Below, piece by piece: positions 9,207 to 20,540 of a stretch of 64,000 nt of DNA (within the stretch, counting starts at the first letter, position 1; each line of letters starts with the position of its first letter). The stretch lies in the NCBI GenBank assembly GCA_031459915.1, contig JAVKHO010000008.1, forward strand, positions 32,001-96,000, in the 5' to 3' direction. A program made the translations under genes and the position numbers. The notes under the pieces were generated by a model, which searched no databases, was not told where the DNA came from, and saw nothing but the letters and a program-made list of their open reading frames with translations. The DNA comes from Candidatus Tepidifontimicrobium thermophilum. Its GTDB lineage: Bacteria; Sysuimicrobiota; Sysuimicrobiia; Sysuimicrobiales; Sysuimicrobiaceae.

Positions 9207-10646
9207 ATGAACAGGACGGAGCGTTCGGCGCGGTTGGAGATCCGCCCCGGAGCCACCGTGCACGCCTCCGACGGCGTGGCCGGGGAGCTGGCGCAAGTGG
9301 TGGTGAGCCCCCGGGAGCGGCGCGTGGTCGCCGTGGTGGTCCGGCTGGGTTCGGGACGGGAAGTGGTACTCCCCGCGGAGGCGGTGGAGGACGCCACGGA
9401 GGAAGCCGTCTGGGTTCGCGGGTCGCTGGCGGAACTGGAACAGCTACCCAACTGGGAGGCGGAGGCCCACGCCCCGGCGTCCCTTTCGTGGCCCGGCTGG
9501 CGTCGGTTGCGGGAGGGCGGCGCCTGGCTCGCGCTGCCGGGTTCCCTGCGGCGGATGGAAGGGCTGCAGCGCCGGATGTCAGGGCCGGCGGAACCCCGCC
9601 CGGACGAGCGGTTGGTCACCATCCGCCGCGGGCAGCGGGTGCTGGCCAGCGACGGCCCCATCGGCCGGGTGGACCAGGTGCTGGTGGACGCAGCCACGGG
9701 GCGCGTGAAGCACTTGGTGATCCGCCAGGGGCTTCTGTTTTCCCGTGACGTCGCGATCCCTGCGGACTGGGTGGGTACGGTGGAGGACGGCGTGGTGGTC
9801 CTAGAAGCTTCCCGGGAGGCGGTCGGGCGCCTGCCCGGCTACCGGCCGGACGACGAGCTGGAGCGGGACGTAGAGGAGGCGCTCCAGCGAGAGGAGCTGC
9901 TCCGGACCCTGGCCATCCCCGTACGCGCCGAGGTGACCGACGGAGTGGTCCGGCTGCGGGGTCACGTCCACAACCGGGCCCTGGCCGGACGGGCGGAGGA
10001 GGTGGCGCGGTCGGTCCCCGGTGTGGTGGACGTACGCAACGAACTGGTGGTGGACCATGAACTCCTGCAGGAGGTCGTGGCGTCCGTGCAGGCGGACGAG
10101 GCCACGCGTCACCTCGTGGGCTACTACCTGCGGGTGCGGGACGGCGTGGTGGAACTCACGGGCACGCTCCCGTCCCTGGAGGCGGCGCGGGCGCTGGAAC
10201 GGGCTATCGCTCGGGTGCCCGGAGTGCGGGGAGTTGCGAACCACCTGACGGGTCTGGACATCCCCCCCAACTGGCGTCAGGTGGTGCAGCCGGAAGTTGG
10301 GCAGGCCGTGTACGCCACGGATCAGGAGGTGGGCCGGGTGGCGTCGGTGGTGGTGGATCCCGACAGCCGGCGGGTGCAGGCGGTGGTGGTGGCCGGCGAC
10401 TTTCCGGACCCGGGGTCCCCACCGTTCTCCGCGGGTCCGCTCTGGGAGCGGCGGGTGGTCGTACCCCTGGAGGACGTGGAGCGGGTGACCCCGTCTGGCG
10501 TGTTCCTGCGGGTGCACGCGGGGGAGGCCGCGGAGCGGCCGGACCTGCGGGAGGAAGACTACCCGCGCCCGCCGGCAGGGTGGACGCCGCCGTTCCCGTA
10601 CGAGGTCCACCAGGTCCGCTGGCCCCGCAAGGCCGAGGCGTCTTAG
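9207..10646 (+). CDS. PRC-barrel and BON domain protein (PRC-PRC-BON-BON-PRC)
   Basis: Three segments of the G-x-x-V-x-A-S/T-D-x-x-x-G-x-V-x-x-V-x-V type; two BON repeats ([10 protein letters not shown]...[23 protein letters not shown]...[11 protein letters not shown]). Confidence 0.8.
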   Translation: MNRTERSARLEIRPGATVHASDGVAGELAQVVVSPRERRVVAVVVRLGSGREVVLPAEAVEDATEEAVWVRGSLAELEQLPNWEAEAHAPASLSWPGWRRLREGGAWLALPGSLRRMEGLQRRMSGPAEPRPDERLVTIRRGQRVLASDGPIGRVDQVLVDAATGRVKHLVIRQGLLFSRDVAIPADWVGTVEDGVVVLEASREAVGRLPGYRPDDELERDVEEALQREELLRTLAIPVRAEVTDGVVRLRGHVHNRALAGRAEEVARSVPGVVDVRNELVVDHELLQEVVASVQADEATRHLVGYYLRVRDGVVELTGTLPSLEAARALERAIARVPGVRGVANHLTGLDIPPNWRQVVQPEVGQAVYATDQEVGRVASVVVDPDSRRVQAVVVAGDFPDPGSPPFSAGPLWERRVVVPLEDVERVTPSGVFLRVHAGEAAERPDLREEDYPRPPAGWTPPFPYEVHQVRWPRKAEAS

Positions 10647-10677
10647 TGTCAAAAGACTTGACAATGACGTTGTCACC
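10647..10677 (+). promoter_or_regulatory. HAIR-like operator CTTGACA-N7-TGTCACC with an upstream TGTCAA half-site, before hspR
   Basis: TGTCAAAAGACTTGACAATGACGTTGTCACC; same spacing as the HspR HAIR (CTTGAGT-N7-ACTCAAG). Confidence 0.6.
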
Positions 10678-10718
10678 CTGCTACTGGTGGACGTGGAAAC
10701 TGTCGGCGAGGTCGGGCT

Positions 10719-11039
10719 GTGGCGGAGCGCACCGTCCGGCGGGAGGAGTTGCCCGTGTACGTGATCAGCGTGGCCGCGGAGCTGGCGGGGGTGCACCCGC
10801 GGACCTTGCGGATCTACGAAGCGAAGGGCCTGATCCGTCCGGCCCGACGCAAGCACATCCGGCTGTTCAGTGAGCGGGATGTGCAGCGGGTGAGGTTGAT
10901 CCAGTACCTGACGCAGGAGGTGGGGCTGAACCTGGCCGGGGTCCGGCTGTTCCTGGAGATCCAGGAACGGCACGAGGAGGTGGCCCGGTGGTTGCTGGAG
11001 CTGTGCGACACCCAAACCGAAAGGAGGGGAAGGCGATGA
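10719..11039 (+). CDS. hspR: MerR-family heat-shock repressor HspR
   Basis: PVYVISVAAELAGVHPRTLRIYE...GLNLAGV; heads the chaperone operon. Confidence 0.9.
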   Translation: MAERTVRREELPVYVISVAAELAGVHPRTLRIYEAKGLIRPARRKHIRLFSERDVQRVRLIQYLTQEVGLNLAGVRLFLEIQERHEEVARWLLELCDTQTERRGRR

Positions 11040-11488
11040 GCATTCTGCGGTGGGATCCCTTCGAGGAGCTGCGGGAGATGCAGCGGTCGCTGGACCGGCT
11101 GTTCGACGAGCTGACCGGCCGGCGGCCCGTGCGGCGTCGGGAGCCGCGGGAGCCGGTGGTGTGGGAGCCCGCGGTGGAGGTGTTCGAGACGGACCAGGAC
11201 GTGGTGGTCCGCGCAGAGCTGCCGGGCGTGGACCCCAAGAACGTGAACGTGACGGTCCAGGACAACACCGTCACCATCGAGGCGGAGGCGAAGGAGGAGC
11301 AGGAGGAGCGCGGCCGCAACTACCTGCGGCGGGAGCTGCGCTACGGACAGTTCTGCCGGACCCTGGCGCTGCCTACGGAGGTGAAGGCAGAGGAGGCCAA
11401 GGCCACCTACCGCAACGGCCTGCTGGAGCTGCGAGTGCCCAAGAGCGAACGGGCCAAGCCCAAGCAGGTGAAGGTGGAGGTCCGGTGA
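11036..11488 (+). CDS. Hsp20/alpha-crystallin small heat-shock protein
   Basis: RWDPFEEL, PAVEVFET, AELPGVD, YGQFCRTLALP, ATYRNGLLELRVPK. Confidence 0.95.
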   Translation: MSILRWDPFEELREMQRSLDRLFDELTGRRPVRRREPREPVVWEPAVEVFETDQDVVVRAELPGVDPKNVNVTVQDNTVTIEAEAKEEQEERGRNYLRRELRYGQFCRTLALPTEVKAEEAKATYRNGLLELRVPKSERAKPKQVKVEVR

Positions 11489-11550
11489 GCTGAGGTCGTC
11501 GACAGCTGGGGGCGGCCCCCGAGGGGCCGCCCCCAGGAGGAGGGAGAGAC

Positions 11551-13434
11551 ATGGGCAGGGTCGTCGGCATCGATCTGGGAACCACCAACTCGGTCATCGC
11601 GGCCATGGTGGGCGGGGAGCCGGTGGTGATCCCGAACCGGGAGGGCAGCCGTCTTACGCCTTCCGTGGTGGCCTTCACGAAGACGGGGGAGCGGCTGGTG
11701 GGCCAGATGGCCAAGCGTCAGGCCATCCTGAACCCCGAGAACACCATCTACTCCATCAAACGCTTCATGGGGCGCCGCTTCCACGAGGTGGAAGTGGAGC
11801 GGAAGATGGTGCCCTACAAGGTGGTGGAGGGCCAGCACGGGATGGCGGTGGTGGAGATCCCCGCGGCAGGCCGCACCTTCACCCCGGAGGAGATCTCCGC
11901 CATGATCCTGCAGAAGCTGAAGGAGGACGCGGAGGCCTACCTGGGGGAGAAGGTGGAGGCCGCGGTGATCACCGTACCCGCGTACTTCAACGACGCCCAG
12001 CGGACCGCCACGAAGAACGCCGGGGAGATCGCGGGGTTGAAGGTCCTGCGGATCATCAACGAGCCCACCGCCGCCTGCCTGGCGTACGGGCTGGACAAGA
12101 AGGGTTCGGAGACGGTGTTGGTGTGGGACCTGGGTGGGGGGACCTTTGACGTCTCCGTCCTGGAGATCGGTGAGGGCGTGTTCCAGGTGCGGGCCACCGC
12201 CGGGGACACCCACCTCGGCGGGGATGACTGGGACGAGCGGATCGTGAACTGGCTGGCCGACGAGTTCCGCAAGCAGCACGGCATCGACCTGCGGCAGGAC
12301 CGGCAGGCCCTGCAGCGGCTCCGGGAGGCGGCGGAGCGGGCCAAGATCGAACTCAGCACGATGGTGCAGACCACCATCAACCTCCCGTTCATCACCGCCG
12401 ACGCCACGGGGCCCAAGCACCTGGACATGGTGCTGACCCGGGCCAAGTTCGAGGAGCTCACCGCGGACCTCGTGGAACGGTGCATCGGCCCCTTCCGGCA
12501 GGCCCTGCAGGACGCCAAGCTCAGCGAGCGGGACCTGCACGAGGTCATCCTGGTGGGCGGCAGCACCCGCATGCCCATGATCCAGGAGCTGGTGCGCCGG
12601 CTCACGGGGAAGGAGCCCAACAAGGAGGTGCACCCGGACGAGGTGGTGGCCATCGGAGCCGCCATCCAGGCGGGCGTGCTGGCGGGCGAGGTGCGGGACG
12701 TGGTACTCCTGGACGTGACCCCGCTGTCCCTGGGCATCGAGACCCTGGGCGGGGTGATGACCGTCCTGATCCCCCGCAACACCACCATCCCCACCCGCAA
12801 GAGCGAGACCTTCACCACCGCGGAGGACGGCCAGACGCAGGTGGAGATCCACGTGCTTCAGGGGGAGCGGCCCATGGCCCGCGACAACCGCACCCTGGGC
12901 CGGTTCATCCTGGACGGGATCCCGCCTGCGCCGCGGGGCGTGCCCAAGATCGAGGTGACCTTTGACATCGACGCCAACGGGATCCTGGCGGTGTCCGCCA
13001 AGGACCTGGCCACGGGCCGCGAGCAGTCCATCAAGATCACCGGCACCTCCACCCTGACCCGGGAGGAGGTGGAGCGGATGATCCGGGAGGCGGAGGCCCA
13101 CGCGGAGGAGGACCGCCGGAAGCGGGAGGAGGCGGAGATCCTGAACCGCGGGGACAGCCTCGCCTACCAGACGGAGCGGCTGCTCCGGGACCAGGCCAAG
13201 GTAGTGTCCGAAGCGGACCGGCGGGAGTTGGAACAGAAGGTGGCGGAGCTTCGCCAGGCGGTGCAGGCCCGGGACGTGGCCCGGGTCCGGCAGCTGTCGG
13301 ACGAGGTGCAGCGGCTCACCTACAGGTTGAGCGAGCTGTTGTACCGGGGTGCCGCCACGGGCGCCAGCACCGGGGGCAAGGAGACCCGGGGCGACGGCGA
13401 GGTGATCGACGCGGACTACAAGCCCAGCGACTAG
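11551..13434 (+). CDS. dnaK: Molecular chaperone DnaK
   Basis: [47 protein letters not shown]. Confidence 0.99.
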   Translation: MGRVVGIDLGTTNSVIAAMVGGEPVVIPNREGSRLTPSVVAFTKTGERLVGQMAKRQAILNPENTIYSIKRFMGRRFHEVEVERKMVPYKVVEGQHGMAVVEIPAAGRTFTPEEISAMILQKLKEDAEAYLGEKVEAAVITVPAYFNDAQRTATKNAGEIAGLKVLRIINEPTAACLAYGLDKKGSETVLVWDLGGGTFDVSVLEIGEGVFQVRATAGDTHLGGDDWDERIVNWLADEFRKQHGIDLRQDRQALQRLREAAERAKIELSTMVQTTINLPFITADATGPKHLDMVLTRAKFEELTADLVERCIGPFRQALQDAKLSERDLHEVILVGGSTRMPMIQELVRRLTGKEPNKEVHPDEVVAIGAAIQAGVLAGEVRDVVLLDVTPLSLGIETLGGVMTVLIPRNTTIPTRKSETFTTAEDGQTQVEIHVLQGERPMARDNRTLGRFILDGIPPAPRGVPKIEVTFDIDANGILAVSAKDLATGREQSIKITGTSTLTREEVERMIREAEAHAEEDRRKREEAEILNRGDSLAYQTERLLRDQAKVVSEADRRELEQKVAELRQAVQARDVARVRQLSDEVQRLTYRLSELLYRGAATGASTGGKETRGDGEVIDADYKPSD

Positions 13435-13517
13435 GCGTGGGGCGACGAGACGCGTGACGGGTACCCAAGGCCCCGTGGACGGGTTCTGGGGCCCGGCAGG
13501 CGCGGAGGGTTCGGAGG

Positions 13518-14135
13518 ATGTCGGAGGAGCTTCGGGAGCCGGAGGGCGTGGAGCCGCAGGGGGACGACGTGGAGCCGCCGCAGGCAGGGGCAGAAAAGAC
13601 CGGCGGGGTGGCCGAGGAGCCGGCCCCGGAAGCCGCCGGGGCGGTGAGGCCTGAGGAGGTGGCGGCCCTGCGGGAGGAGCTGGAGCGCTACCGCCAGGAG
13701 GCGGAGCGGAACTGGCAGCAGTTCCTCCACGCGGCTGCGGACCTGGAGAACTACAAGAAGGCCGCAGCCCGGATGCAGCGGGACGCGGTGGAGCGCACCC
13801 GCCGGCAGATGCTGCTGGTGGTGCTTTCCGCCGTGGACGATCTGGAACGGGCCATCGGGTACGCGGAGCGCGGCGCGGACCACGAGCTGGTGGCGGGGAT
13901 CCTGGAGGGGCTGCGGATGACCCACCGGTCCCTGCTGGAGCACCTGCGCAGCTTGGGGGTGGAGCGCATGGAGGCCGTGGGCGAGCCCTTCGACCCCGGA
14001 AGGCACGAGGCGGTGGAGGTGGCCTCCGCAGAGGAGGCGGGAGTGGAACCCGGGACCGTGCTGGGAGTGATCCAGCCCGGGTACGTGCTGGACGGTCGGG
14101 TCCTGCGGCCCGCGCGGGTACGGGTGGCCCAGTAG
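13518..14135 (+). CDS. grpE: Nucleotide exchange factor GrpE
   Basis: ADLENYKK, FDPGRHEAV, QPGYVLDGRVLRPARVRV. Confidence 0.96.
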   Translation: MSEELREPEGVEPQGDDVEPPQAGAEKTGGVAEEPAPEAAGAVRPEEVAALREELERYRQEAERNWQQFLHAAADLENYKKAAARMQRDAVERTRRQMLLVVLSAVDDLERAIGYAERGADHELVAGILEGLRMTHRSLLEHLRSLGVERMEAVGEPFDPGRHEAVEVASAEEAGVEPGTVLGVIQPGYVLDGRVLRPARVRVAQ

Positions 14136-14156
14136 GGGGCCGCGGACTTGAACGCC

Positions 14157-15068
14157 ATGGAGTTCAAGGACTACTACCGGATCCTGGGCGTAGACCGGAA
14201 GGCCGACAGCAGGGCCATCGGGGAGGCCTTCCGGCGGCTGGCGCGGCAGTACCACCCCGACGTGAACAAGGACCCCCAGGCTGCAGAGAAGTTCAAGGAG
14301 ATCAACGAAGCCTACCAGGTGCTGAGCGACCCCGAGAAGCGCGCCCGCTACGACCAGATGCTGGAGCTCCGGGAGCGGGGGATGCCCTGGGAGCAGGTCT
14401 TCACTCGCCCCGGCGGGGGGCCTCGTCCGGAGGAGTGGACCGTCCTGTTCGAGCAGCCCCAGGACCTGTTCGGAGGGTTCTCCGAGTTCTTCCGCAGGTT
14501 CTTCGCAGACCTGGGTGGGGAGCCCTTCGAGGCGAGCCGGCTCTGGCCGAGGCCGCCGGTGGCCGCCACCGCGGAGATCAGCCTGGAGGAGGCCTTCCGG
14601 GGTACGGAGCGCGAGCTGGTGGTGCGCAACGGCTTCCCGCGGCGGGTCACGGTGCGCATCCCGCCCGGGGTCCGGACCGGGCAGAAGGTCCGGGTGCGGG
14701 GCGCTGCGGACGGAGACGTCTACGTGGAGGTCCGGGTGCAACCCCACCCCGTGTTCACCCGGGAGGGCGATGACCTGATCTGCGAGATCCCCGTCTCGTT
14801 GACGGAGGCACTCCTAGGAGCGGAGATCGAAGTGCCCACCCTGGAGGGGAAGGTCAAGGTACGGGTACCCCCGGAGACGCAGCAGGGTCAGGTGCTGCGG
14901 CTCCGGGGTCTGGGGATGCCCCGGCTGCGGGGCGGGGGACGCGGCGACCTGCTGGTGCGGGTGAAGGTGCTGCTGCCGCGCGGGCTGTCCGCGGAGGAGC
15001 GGAGGCTGGTGGAGCAGCTGGCGAAGCTGCGGCGAGACAACCCCCGGGCCGGAATGGGGCTCAAGTAG
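14157..15068 (+). CDS. J-domain protein, DnaJ/CbpA type lacking the zinc finger
   Basis: KDYYRILGV, HPD motif, C-terminal DnaJ substrate domain; no CxxCxGxG repeats. Confidence 0.92.
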   Translation: MEFKDYYRILGVDRKADSRAIGEAFRRLARQYHPDVNKDPQAAEKFKEINEAYQVLSDPEKRARYDQMLELRERGMPWEQVFTRPGGGPRPEEWTVLFEQPQDLFGGFSEFFRRFFADLGGEPFEASRLWPRPPVAATAEISLEEAFRGTERELVVRNGFPRRVTVRIPPGVRTGQKVRVRGAADGDVYVEVRVQPHPVFTREGDDLICEIPVSLTEALLGAEIEVPTLEGKVKVRVPPETQQGQVLRLRGLGMPRLRGGGRGDLLVRVKVLLPRGLSAEERRLVEQLAKLRRDNPRAGMGLK

Positions 15069-15092
15069 GGGTCGGAGACGAGGTGGAGGCCG

Positions 15093-17699
15093 ATGCGGTG
15101 GGAGAAGCTGACGGAGAAGTCCCAGGAGGCCATGCTCCGGGCCCAGGAGCTGGCCCGGGAGCGCCACCACCCCCAGGTGGACACGGAGCACCTGCTGGTG
15201 GCGCTGCTGGACCAGGCGGACGGCGTGGTGCCGCAGGTGCTGCAGCGGGCCGGGGCTTCCGTGCCGCGGATCCGGCAACAGACAGAGCAGGCGCTGGCGG
15301 TCCTGCCGCAGGTGCACGGCACCGCGGAGCTGTACGTGGCGCCCGGGCTGCGACGGGTGTGGGAAGCGGCGGAGCGCGAGGCGCAGCGCATGGGCGACGA
15401 GTACACCAGCACGGAGCACTTCCTCCTCGCCCTCGCGGACGCTCCCCAGACGGGAGCCGGTCGGGTGCTCCAGCAGAACGGGGTCACCAAGGAGGTGGTG
15501 CTGCGGGCCCTGTCGGAGGTCCGGGGACGTGTGCGGGTCACCGACCCCCGGCCGGAGGCCAAGTACCAGGTGCTGGAGCGTTACGGCCGTGACCTAACCG
15601 AGCTGGCGCGGCAGGGCAAGCTGGACCCCGTGATCGGGCGGGACGAGGAGATCCGCCGGGTGATCCACGTGCTGAGCCGCCGGACGAAGAACAACCCGGT
15701 GCTCATCGGGGAGCCGGGGGTCGGGAAGACGGCGATCGTGGAGGGCCTGGCCCAGCGCATGGTCCGGGGGGACGTTCCGGAGCAGCTCAAGCACAAGCGG
15801 ATCTTCCAGCTGGACATGGGCGCCCTCGTGGCCGGGACCAAGTACCGGGGGGAGTTCGAGGAGCGGCTCAAGGCGGTGCTGAAGGAGATCGCGGACAGCC
15901 AGGGCGAGATCATCCTGTTCATCGACGAGATCCACACGGTAGTGGGGGCGGGCGCCGCGGAGGGCGCCGCCATGGACGCGGCGAACATCCTCAAGCCCAT
16001 GCTGGCCCGCGGCGAGCTGCACTGCATCGGCGCTACCACCCTGGACGAGTACCGGAAGCACATCGAGAAGGACCCCGCCCTGGAACGCCGTTTCCAGCCG
16101 GTGTACGTGGGCGAGCCGTCCGTGGAGGACACCATCTCCATCCTCCGGGGCCTCAAGGAGAAGTACGAGGTCCACCACGGGGTCCGGATCACAGACGCGG
16201 CCGTGATCGCCGCGGCCACCCTGTCGACCCGGTACATCAGCGACCGGTTCCTGCCCGACAAGGCCATCGACCTGGTCGACGAGGCGGCGGCGAAGCTCCG
16301 GATGGAGATCGACAGCAAGCCCGCGGAGCTGGACGAGATCGACCGTCGGATCATGCAGCTGGAGATCGAGCGGGAGGCGCTGCGGAAGGAGACGGACCCC
16401 GCGGCACAGGAACGCCTGGCGAAGCTGGAGCAGGAACTGGGCCGGCTGCGGCAGGACAGCGAGGCGCTGCGGCGGCGCTGGGAGCAGGAGAAGCAGATCG
16501 TCCAGCGCATCCGGCAGGTGAAAGCGGAGATCGACCGCACGAAGGTGGAACTGGAGCAATCGGAGCGGGTGGCAGACCTGGAACGGGCCGCCCGGCTGCG
16601 CTACGGCACGCTGCCGGAGCTGCAGAAGCAGCTGGCCGCGGCGGAGGCGGAGCTGCGGTCCTTGGGCCCGCAGCGGCTGCTGAAGGAGGAGGTGGACGCG
16701 GAGGACATCGCGGAGGTGGTGAGCAAGTGGACGGGCATCCCCGTGACTCGGCTTTTGGAGGGCGAGATGCACAAGCTCCTCCACCTAGAGGACCGGCTGC
16801 ACCAGCGGGTGGTGGGGCAGGAGGAGGCGGTGCAGGCGGTGGCGGACGCCATCCGGCGGGCCCGGGCTGGGCTGAAGGATCCCAAGCGCCCCATCGGCGC
16901 GTTCCTGTTCCTCGGGCCCACGGGGGTCGGGAAGACGGAGCTGGCCCGGGCGCTGGCGGAGGTGTTGTTCGACTCTGAGGACGCCATGGTGCGCCTGGAC
17001 ATGTCGGAGTACCAGGAGAAGCACACGGTGTCCCGACTGGTGGGTGCTCCGCCCGGCTACGTGGGCTACGAGGAGGGCGGACAGCTCACCGAGGCGGTAC
17101 GCCGTCGGCCCTACCGGGTGGTGCTGTTCGACGAGGTGGAGAAGGCGCACCCGGACGTGCTCAACGTGCTGCTGCAGGTGATGGAGGACGGCCGGCTCAC
17201 GGACGCCCAGGGACGGACCGTGGACTTCAAGAACACGGTGTTGATCCTCACCAGCAACGTCGGCAGCCACCACCTGCAGCACCTGGACCCTGAAGACCCC
17301 GCCGCCTTCGAGCTGGCCAAGGTGTACGTGATGGACGAGCTGCGCCGGACCTTCCGGCCCGAGTTCCTGAACCGGCTGGACGAGGTGATCGTTTTCCGGC
17401 CGCTCTCTAAGGCGCAGCTGGAGCAGATCGTGGACCTGCAGCTGGCCCAGCTGGAGCGCCGGCTGGCGGACCTGAAGATCCGGGTGGAGGTCACCCCGGA
17501 GGCGCGGGCGTGGCTGGCGCAGGAGGGCTACAGCCCCGAGTACGGTGCCCGTCCCCTGCGGCGGCTGATCCAGCGGACGGTGGAGAACACCCTGAGCCGC
17601 ATGGTCCTGCGGGGGGACCTGAAGGAGGGCGACGTGGCGGTGGTCACGGTTCGGGGTGGGGCGATCGCCATCGAGCGCAAAGAGCCGGTGCCGGCCTAA
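15093..17699 (+). CDS. clpB: ATP-dependent disaggregase ClpB
   Basis: Two AAA+ modules ([16 protein letters not shown]) and a long coiled-coil middle domain; no IGF loop. Confidence 0.97.
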   Translation: MRWEKLTEKSQEAMLRAQELARERHHPQVDTEHLLVALLDQADGVVPQVLQRAGASVPRIRQQTEQALAVLPQVHGTAELYVAPGLRRVWEAAEREAQRMGDEYTSTEHFLLALADAPQTGAGRVLQQNGVTKEVVLRALSEVRGRVRVTDPRPEAKYQVLERYGRDLTELARQGKLDPVIGRDEEIRRVIHVLSRRTKNNPVLIGEPGVGKTAIVEGLAQRMVRGDVPEQLKHKRIFQLDMGALVAGTKYRGEFEERLKAVLKEIADSQGEIILFIDEIHTVVGAGAAEGAAMDAANILKPMLARGELHCIGATTLDEYRKHIEKDPALERRFQPVYVGEPSVEDTISILRGLKEKYEVHHGVRITDAAVIAAATLSTRYISDRFLPDKAIDLVDEAAAKLRMEIDSKPAELDEIDRRIMQLEIEREALRKETDPAAQERLAKLEQELGRLRQDSEALRRRWEQEKQIVQRIRQVKAEIDRTKVELEQSERVADLERAARLRYGTLPELQKQLAAAEAELRSLGPQRLLKEEVDAEDIAEVVSKWTGIPVTRLLEGEMHKLLHLEDRLHQRVVGQEEAVQAVADAIRRARAGLKDPKRPIGAFLFLGPTGVGKTELARALAEVLFDSEDAMVRLDMSEYQEKHTVSRLVGAPPGYVGYEEGGQLTEAVRRRPYRVVLFDEVEKAHPDVLNVLLQVMEDGRLTDAQGRTVDFKNTVLILTSNVGSHHLQHLDPEDPAAFELAKVYVMDELRRTFRPEFLNRLDEVIVFRPLSKAQLEQIVDLQLAQLERRLADLKIRVEVTPEARAWLAQEGYSPEYGARPLRRLIQRTVENTLSRMVLRGDLKEGDVAVVTVRGGAIAIERKEPVPA

Positions 17700-17741
17700 C
17701 GGAAGCCCCCGAAGGCCGACCGCGTGTCGGATCCCGGGAAC

Positions 17742-18113
17742 TCACCCGTACCCCAGTTCCTCCAGGCGGTCCTCGTCCAGGCCGAAGTAGTGGCCGAGCT
17801 CGTGGAGGACCGTCCGGCGGATTTCCTCCCGCAGCTCGTCTTCGTTGTCGCACGCCTCTTCCAGGGGGCCCTGGAACAGGGTGATGCGGTCCGGCAACAG
17901 CGGGGGTTCGATGCCGCGCTCTGGCAGCGGGGTGCCCTCGTACAGCCCGAACAGCACACCGTCTTCGGGCAGGCCCACCGAGGCCAGCTGCTCGGCCGTG
18001 GGCCAGTCCTCCACCACCACGTGCACGTTGTCCAGGGCCTGGCGGAAGGCTTCGGGGACCCCTGCCAGGGCTTCCTCCACCAGCTGCTGGAAGCGGCGGC
18101 GGCTCAACCGCAT
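17742..18113 (-). CDS. Zincin-like minimal metallopeptidase family protein
   Basis: LFGLYEGTPL, PDRITLFQGPL, TVLHELGHYFG. Confidence 0.9.
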   Translation of the reverse strand: MRLSRRRFQQLVEEALAGVPEAFRQALDNVHVVVEDWPTAEQLASVGLPEDGVLFGLYEGTPLPERGIEPPLLPDRITLFQGPLEEACDNEDELREEIRRTVLHELGHYFGLDEDRLEELGYG

Positions 18114-18119
18114 GGCTTC

Positions 18120-19298
18120 TCAACGCCGGAACAGGCCGGCCGCTGCGCGGGCCGGCAAGGGCACCCCGCAGCGCCGCAGCTGGTCTAGCCGCTCTGCCAC
18201 CTGCTCCGGATGGTCCGCGCACACCGTCACGTGGCCTACCTTCCGTCCTGGCCGCACCGCCTTGCCGTACCAGTGGAAGGACGTCCCGGGGACCCGGAGC
18301 ACGGCCGCGGGGTCCGGCCGGTGGCCGATGAGGTTCACCATGGCGCACCATCCGCGAGGCCGGGGCGATCCCAGGGGCAAGCCCGCCACCGCCCGCACGT
18401 GGTTGGCGAACTGACTGGTAGACGCGCCCTCGATGGTCCAGTGGCCGGAGTTGTGCACCCGCGGGGCCATCTCGTTGGCCAGGAGCCGGCCGTCCACCTC
18501 GAACAGCTCCACGCACAGGACGCCCACGTAGTCCAGCGCTTCCAGGGCGCGGCGGGCGTAAGCGTGTGCCAGCTCCTCCAAGGCGGGGTCCAGGTCCGGG
18601 GCGGGGCCGAGGGACAGCCGCAGGATGCCGCCCTCGTGGTGGTTCTCCACCACCGGGTAGCAGACCACCTCCCCCCAGCTGTCCCGCGCGGCCAGCACCG
18701 ATAGCTCCCTCCGGAACGGGACCAGGGCTTCCGCCAGCAGACCTCCTGACAACCCGTCCACGCGCGGCGTGGGGAGGGGGGAACTTCCGGTCCGAGGGCC
18801 GGTCAGCGCCTCCCACGCCGCCTGGAGGTCCTCCGGTGCCATGAGGATCCGCTGCCCTTTTCCGTCGTAGCCCATCCGGCGGGTCTTGAGCACCGCGGGC
18901 AGTCCCAAGTGGGCCACTGCGGCTTCCAGGTCCTCCAGGGAGTCCACCGCCGCGAACTCCGCCGTGGGGATCCCCAGGGAGCGGAAGAACTCCTTCTCCC
19001 TGAGCCGGTCTTGGGCCACCTCGAGGGCTGGGGGCGGAGGATACACCGGTACGGAGCGCACAAGCTCCGCGGCGGCCTGAAACGGCACGTTCTCGAACTC
19101 GTACGTGGCGCGCTCGCAGGTGCGGGCGAGTTCGTGGAGGGCGTCTGGGTCGGTATAGGCCGCTCGCAGGTGCCGGCCCACCGCCGCGGCACACGCTTCC
19201 TCCGAAGGGTCGAGGAAGGTGAACTGCACCCCGAGGGGCAGGCCGGCCAAGCCCAGCATCCGCCCCAGCTGCCCACCGCCGAGGACCCCGATCCTCAC
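18120..19298 (-). CDS. purK: N5-carboxyaminoimidazole ribonucleotide synthase
   Basis: [40 protein letters not shown]. Confidence 0.97.
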   Translation of the reverse strand: MRIGVLGGGQLGRMLGLAGLPLGVQFTFLDPSEEACAAAVGRHLRAAYTDPDALHELARTCERATYEFENVPFQAAAELVRSVPVYPPPPALEVAQDRLREKEFFRSLGIPTAEFAAVDSLEDLEAAVAHLGLPAVLKTRRMGYDGKGQRILMAPEDLQAAWEALTGPRTGSSPLPTPRVDGLSGGLLAEALVPFRRELSVLAARDSWGEVVCYPVVENHHEGGILRLSLGPAPDLDPALEELAHAYARRALEALDYVGVLCVELFEVDGRLLANEMAPRVHNSGHWTIEGASTSQFANHVRAVAGLPLGSPRPRGWCAMVNLIGHRPDPAAVLRVPGTSFHWYGKAVRPGRKVGHVTVCADHPEQVAERLDQLRRCGVPLPARAAAGLFRR

Positions 19299-19789
19299 GG
19301 TGCCGTACGGGGGTCTGGTTGCTCCAGGACCGCCTGGGTTTGCGCGGTGCGGTAACGGCGCAGGGCTTCCCGCACGTGTGGGTGTTTGTTCCCGAGGATG
19401 CTGGCCGCGAGGATGGCGGCGTTCACCGCGCCCGCCCGCCCGATGGCCAAAGTCCCCACCGGCACGCCCGCGGGCATCTGCACGATGGACAGCAGGGAGT
19501 CCAGACCTCCGAGGGCCTGGGTCTCCACCGGCACCCCCAACACGGGCAGGACGGTGTTGGCCGCGGTCATCCCAGGGAGGTGGGCGGCGCCCCCTGCCCC
19601 CGCGATGATCACCTCCAGGCCGCGCTCCTCCGCGCTCTTCGCGTACTCGTACAGCAGGTCGGGCGTGCGGTGGGCCGACACCACGCGGACCTCGTACGGA
19701 ACCCCCAGCTGGTCCAGGGTGTCCGCAGCGTGGCGCAGGGTCTCCCAGTCAGACCGGGAGCCCATGATCAGGCCGACCAGGGGCTGCAT
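19295..19789 (-). CDS. purE: N5-CAIR mutase
   Basis: [32 protein letters not shown] 7 nt before the ATG. Confidence 0.98.
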   Translation of the reverse strand: MQPLVGLIMGSRSDWETLRHAADTLDQLGVPYEVRVVSAHRTPDLLYEYAKSAEERGLEVIIAGAGGAAHLPGMTAANTVLPVLGVPVETQALGGLDSLLSIVQMPAGVPVGTLAIGRAGAVNAAILAASILGNKHPHVREALRRYRTAQTQAVLEQPDPRTAP

Positions 19790-19810
19790 CAAGGCGATTG
19801 TACCAGCGGT

Positions 19811-20524
19811 CTAACCAAGGGGCTTGCGGGCCCGGAGGGTGACCGACCGCAGGGACACCCTCCAAGGATCGCCGCAGTCGGCCCGCGACTCCTCCAGGAC
19901 TTCCGCGGCCTGGAAGCCCGCCTCCGCCAAGAGCCGGAAGTACTCCCGCAAGCTCACCGCGCCGGCCACGCAAGCGCTCCAGGCCCGTGGGTCCTCCCGG
20001 AGTTCCGGGGAGAGGGGGCGGTCTGCTACCACGTCGGAGACCACGAGGCGTCCACCGGGCCGCAGCACCCGGTGGGCTTCCCGGAACGCCTGCGCCTTGT
20101 CCGGGACCAGGTTCACCACGCAGTTGCTGAGGACCACGTCCGCGAAGCCCTCGGGCAGCGGCAGCGACTCGAGTTCAGCCACCACGAAGCGGGCGTTGGC
20201 GACACCCAGGGCCGCGGCGTTCCGCCGGGCCAGGACGACCATCTCCGCCGTCATGTCCACGCCCACCGCCTGCCCGTAGGGTCCGACCGCCTGAGCGGCA
20301 CGGAGCACCTCCAGACCTGCGCCGCTTCCGAGGTCCACCACGACTTCTCCTGGGGCCAGGTCTGCGTGGGAGACTGGGCTTCCGCAACCCAACGACAACG
20401 GCACCACACCGGAGTTCTGTGAAGCCGGTGGGGGCGCACAGCCACACCCACAGCCAGCGCTACCCTCCCGGGCGAGCGCGGCGTAATGCGACCGCACTGC
20501 GTGCTTCACCGCCCCGGCGGACAT
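19811..20524 (-). CDS. arsM: Arsenite S-adenosylmethionine methyltransferase
   Basis: SLGCGSP, DLGSGAG, SNCVVNLVPDK, WSACVAGA; Cys-rich N-terminus; in an arsR operon. Confidence 0.85.
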   Translation of the reverse strand: MSAGAVKHAVRSHYAALAREGSAGCGCGCAPPPASQNSGVVPLSLGCGSPVSHADLAPGEVVVDLGSGAGLEVLRAAQAVGPYGQAVGVDMTAEMVVLARRNAAALGVANARFVVAELESLPLPEGFADVVLSNCVVNLVPDKAQAFREAHRVLRPGGRLVVSDVVADRPLSPELREDPRAWSACVAGAVSLREYFRLLAEAGFQAAEVLEESRADCGDPWRVSLRSVTLRARKPLG

Positions 20525-20540
20525 GGCCCCCCGAACATCT

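Noticed and set aside
11407..13101. Long antisense ORFs opposite dnaK (likewise opposite clpB, glgC, glyA and others)
   Set aside because: Typical stop-poor reverse frames of high-GC coding sequence, with no recognisable motifs
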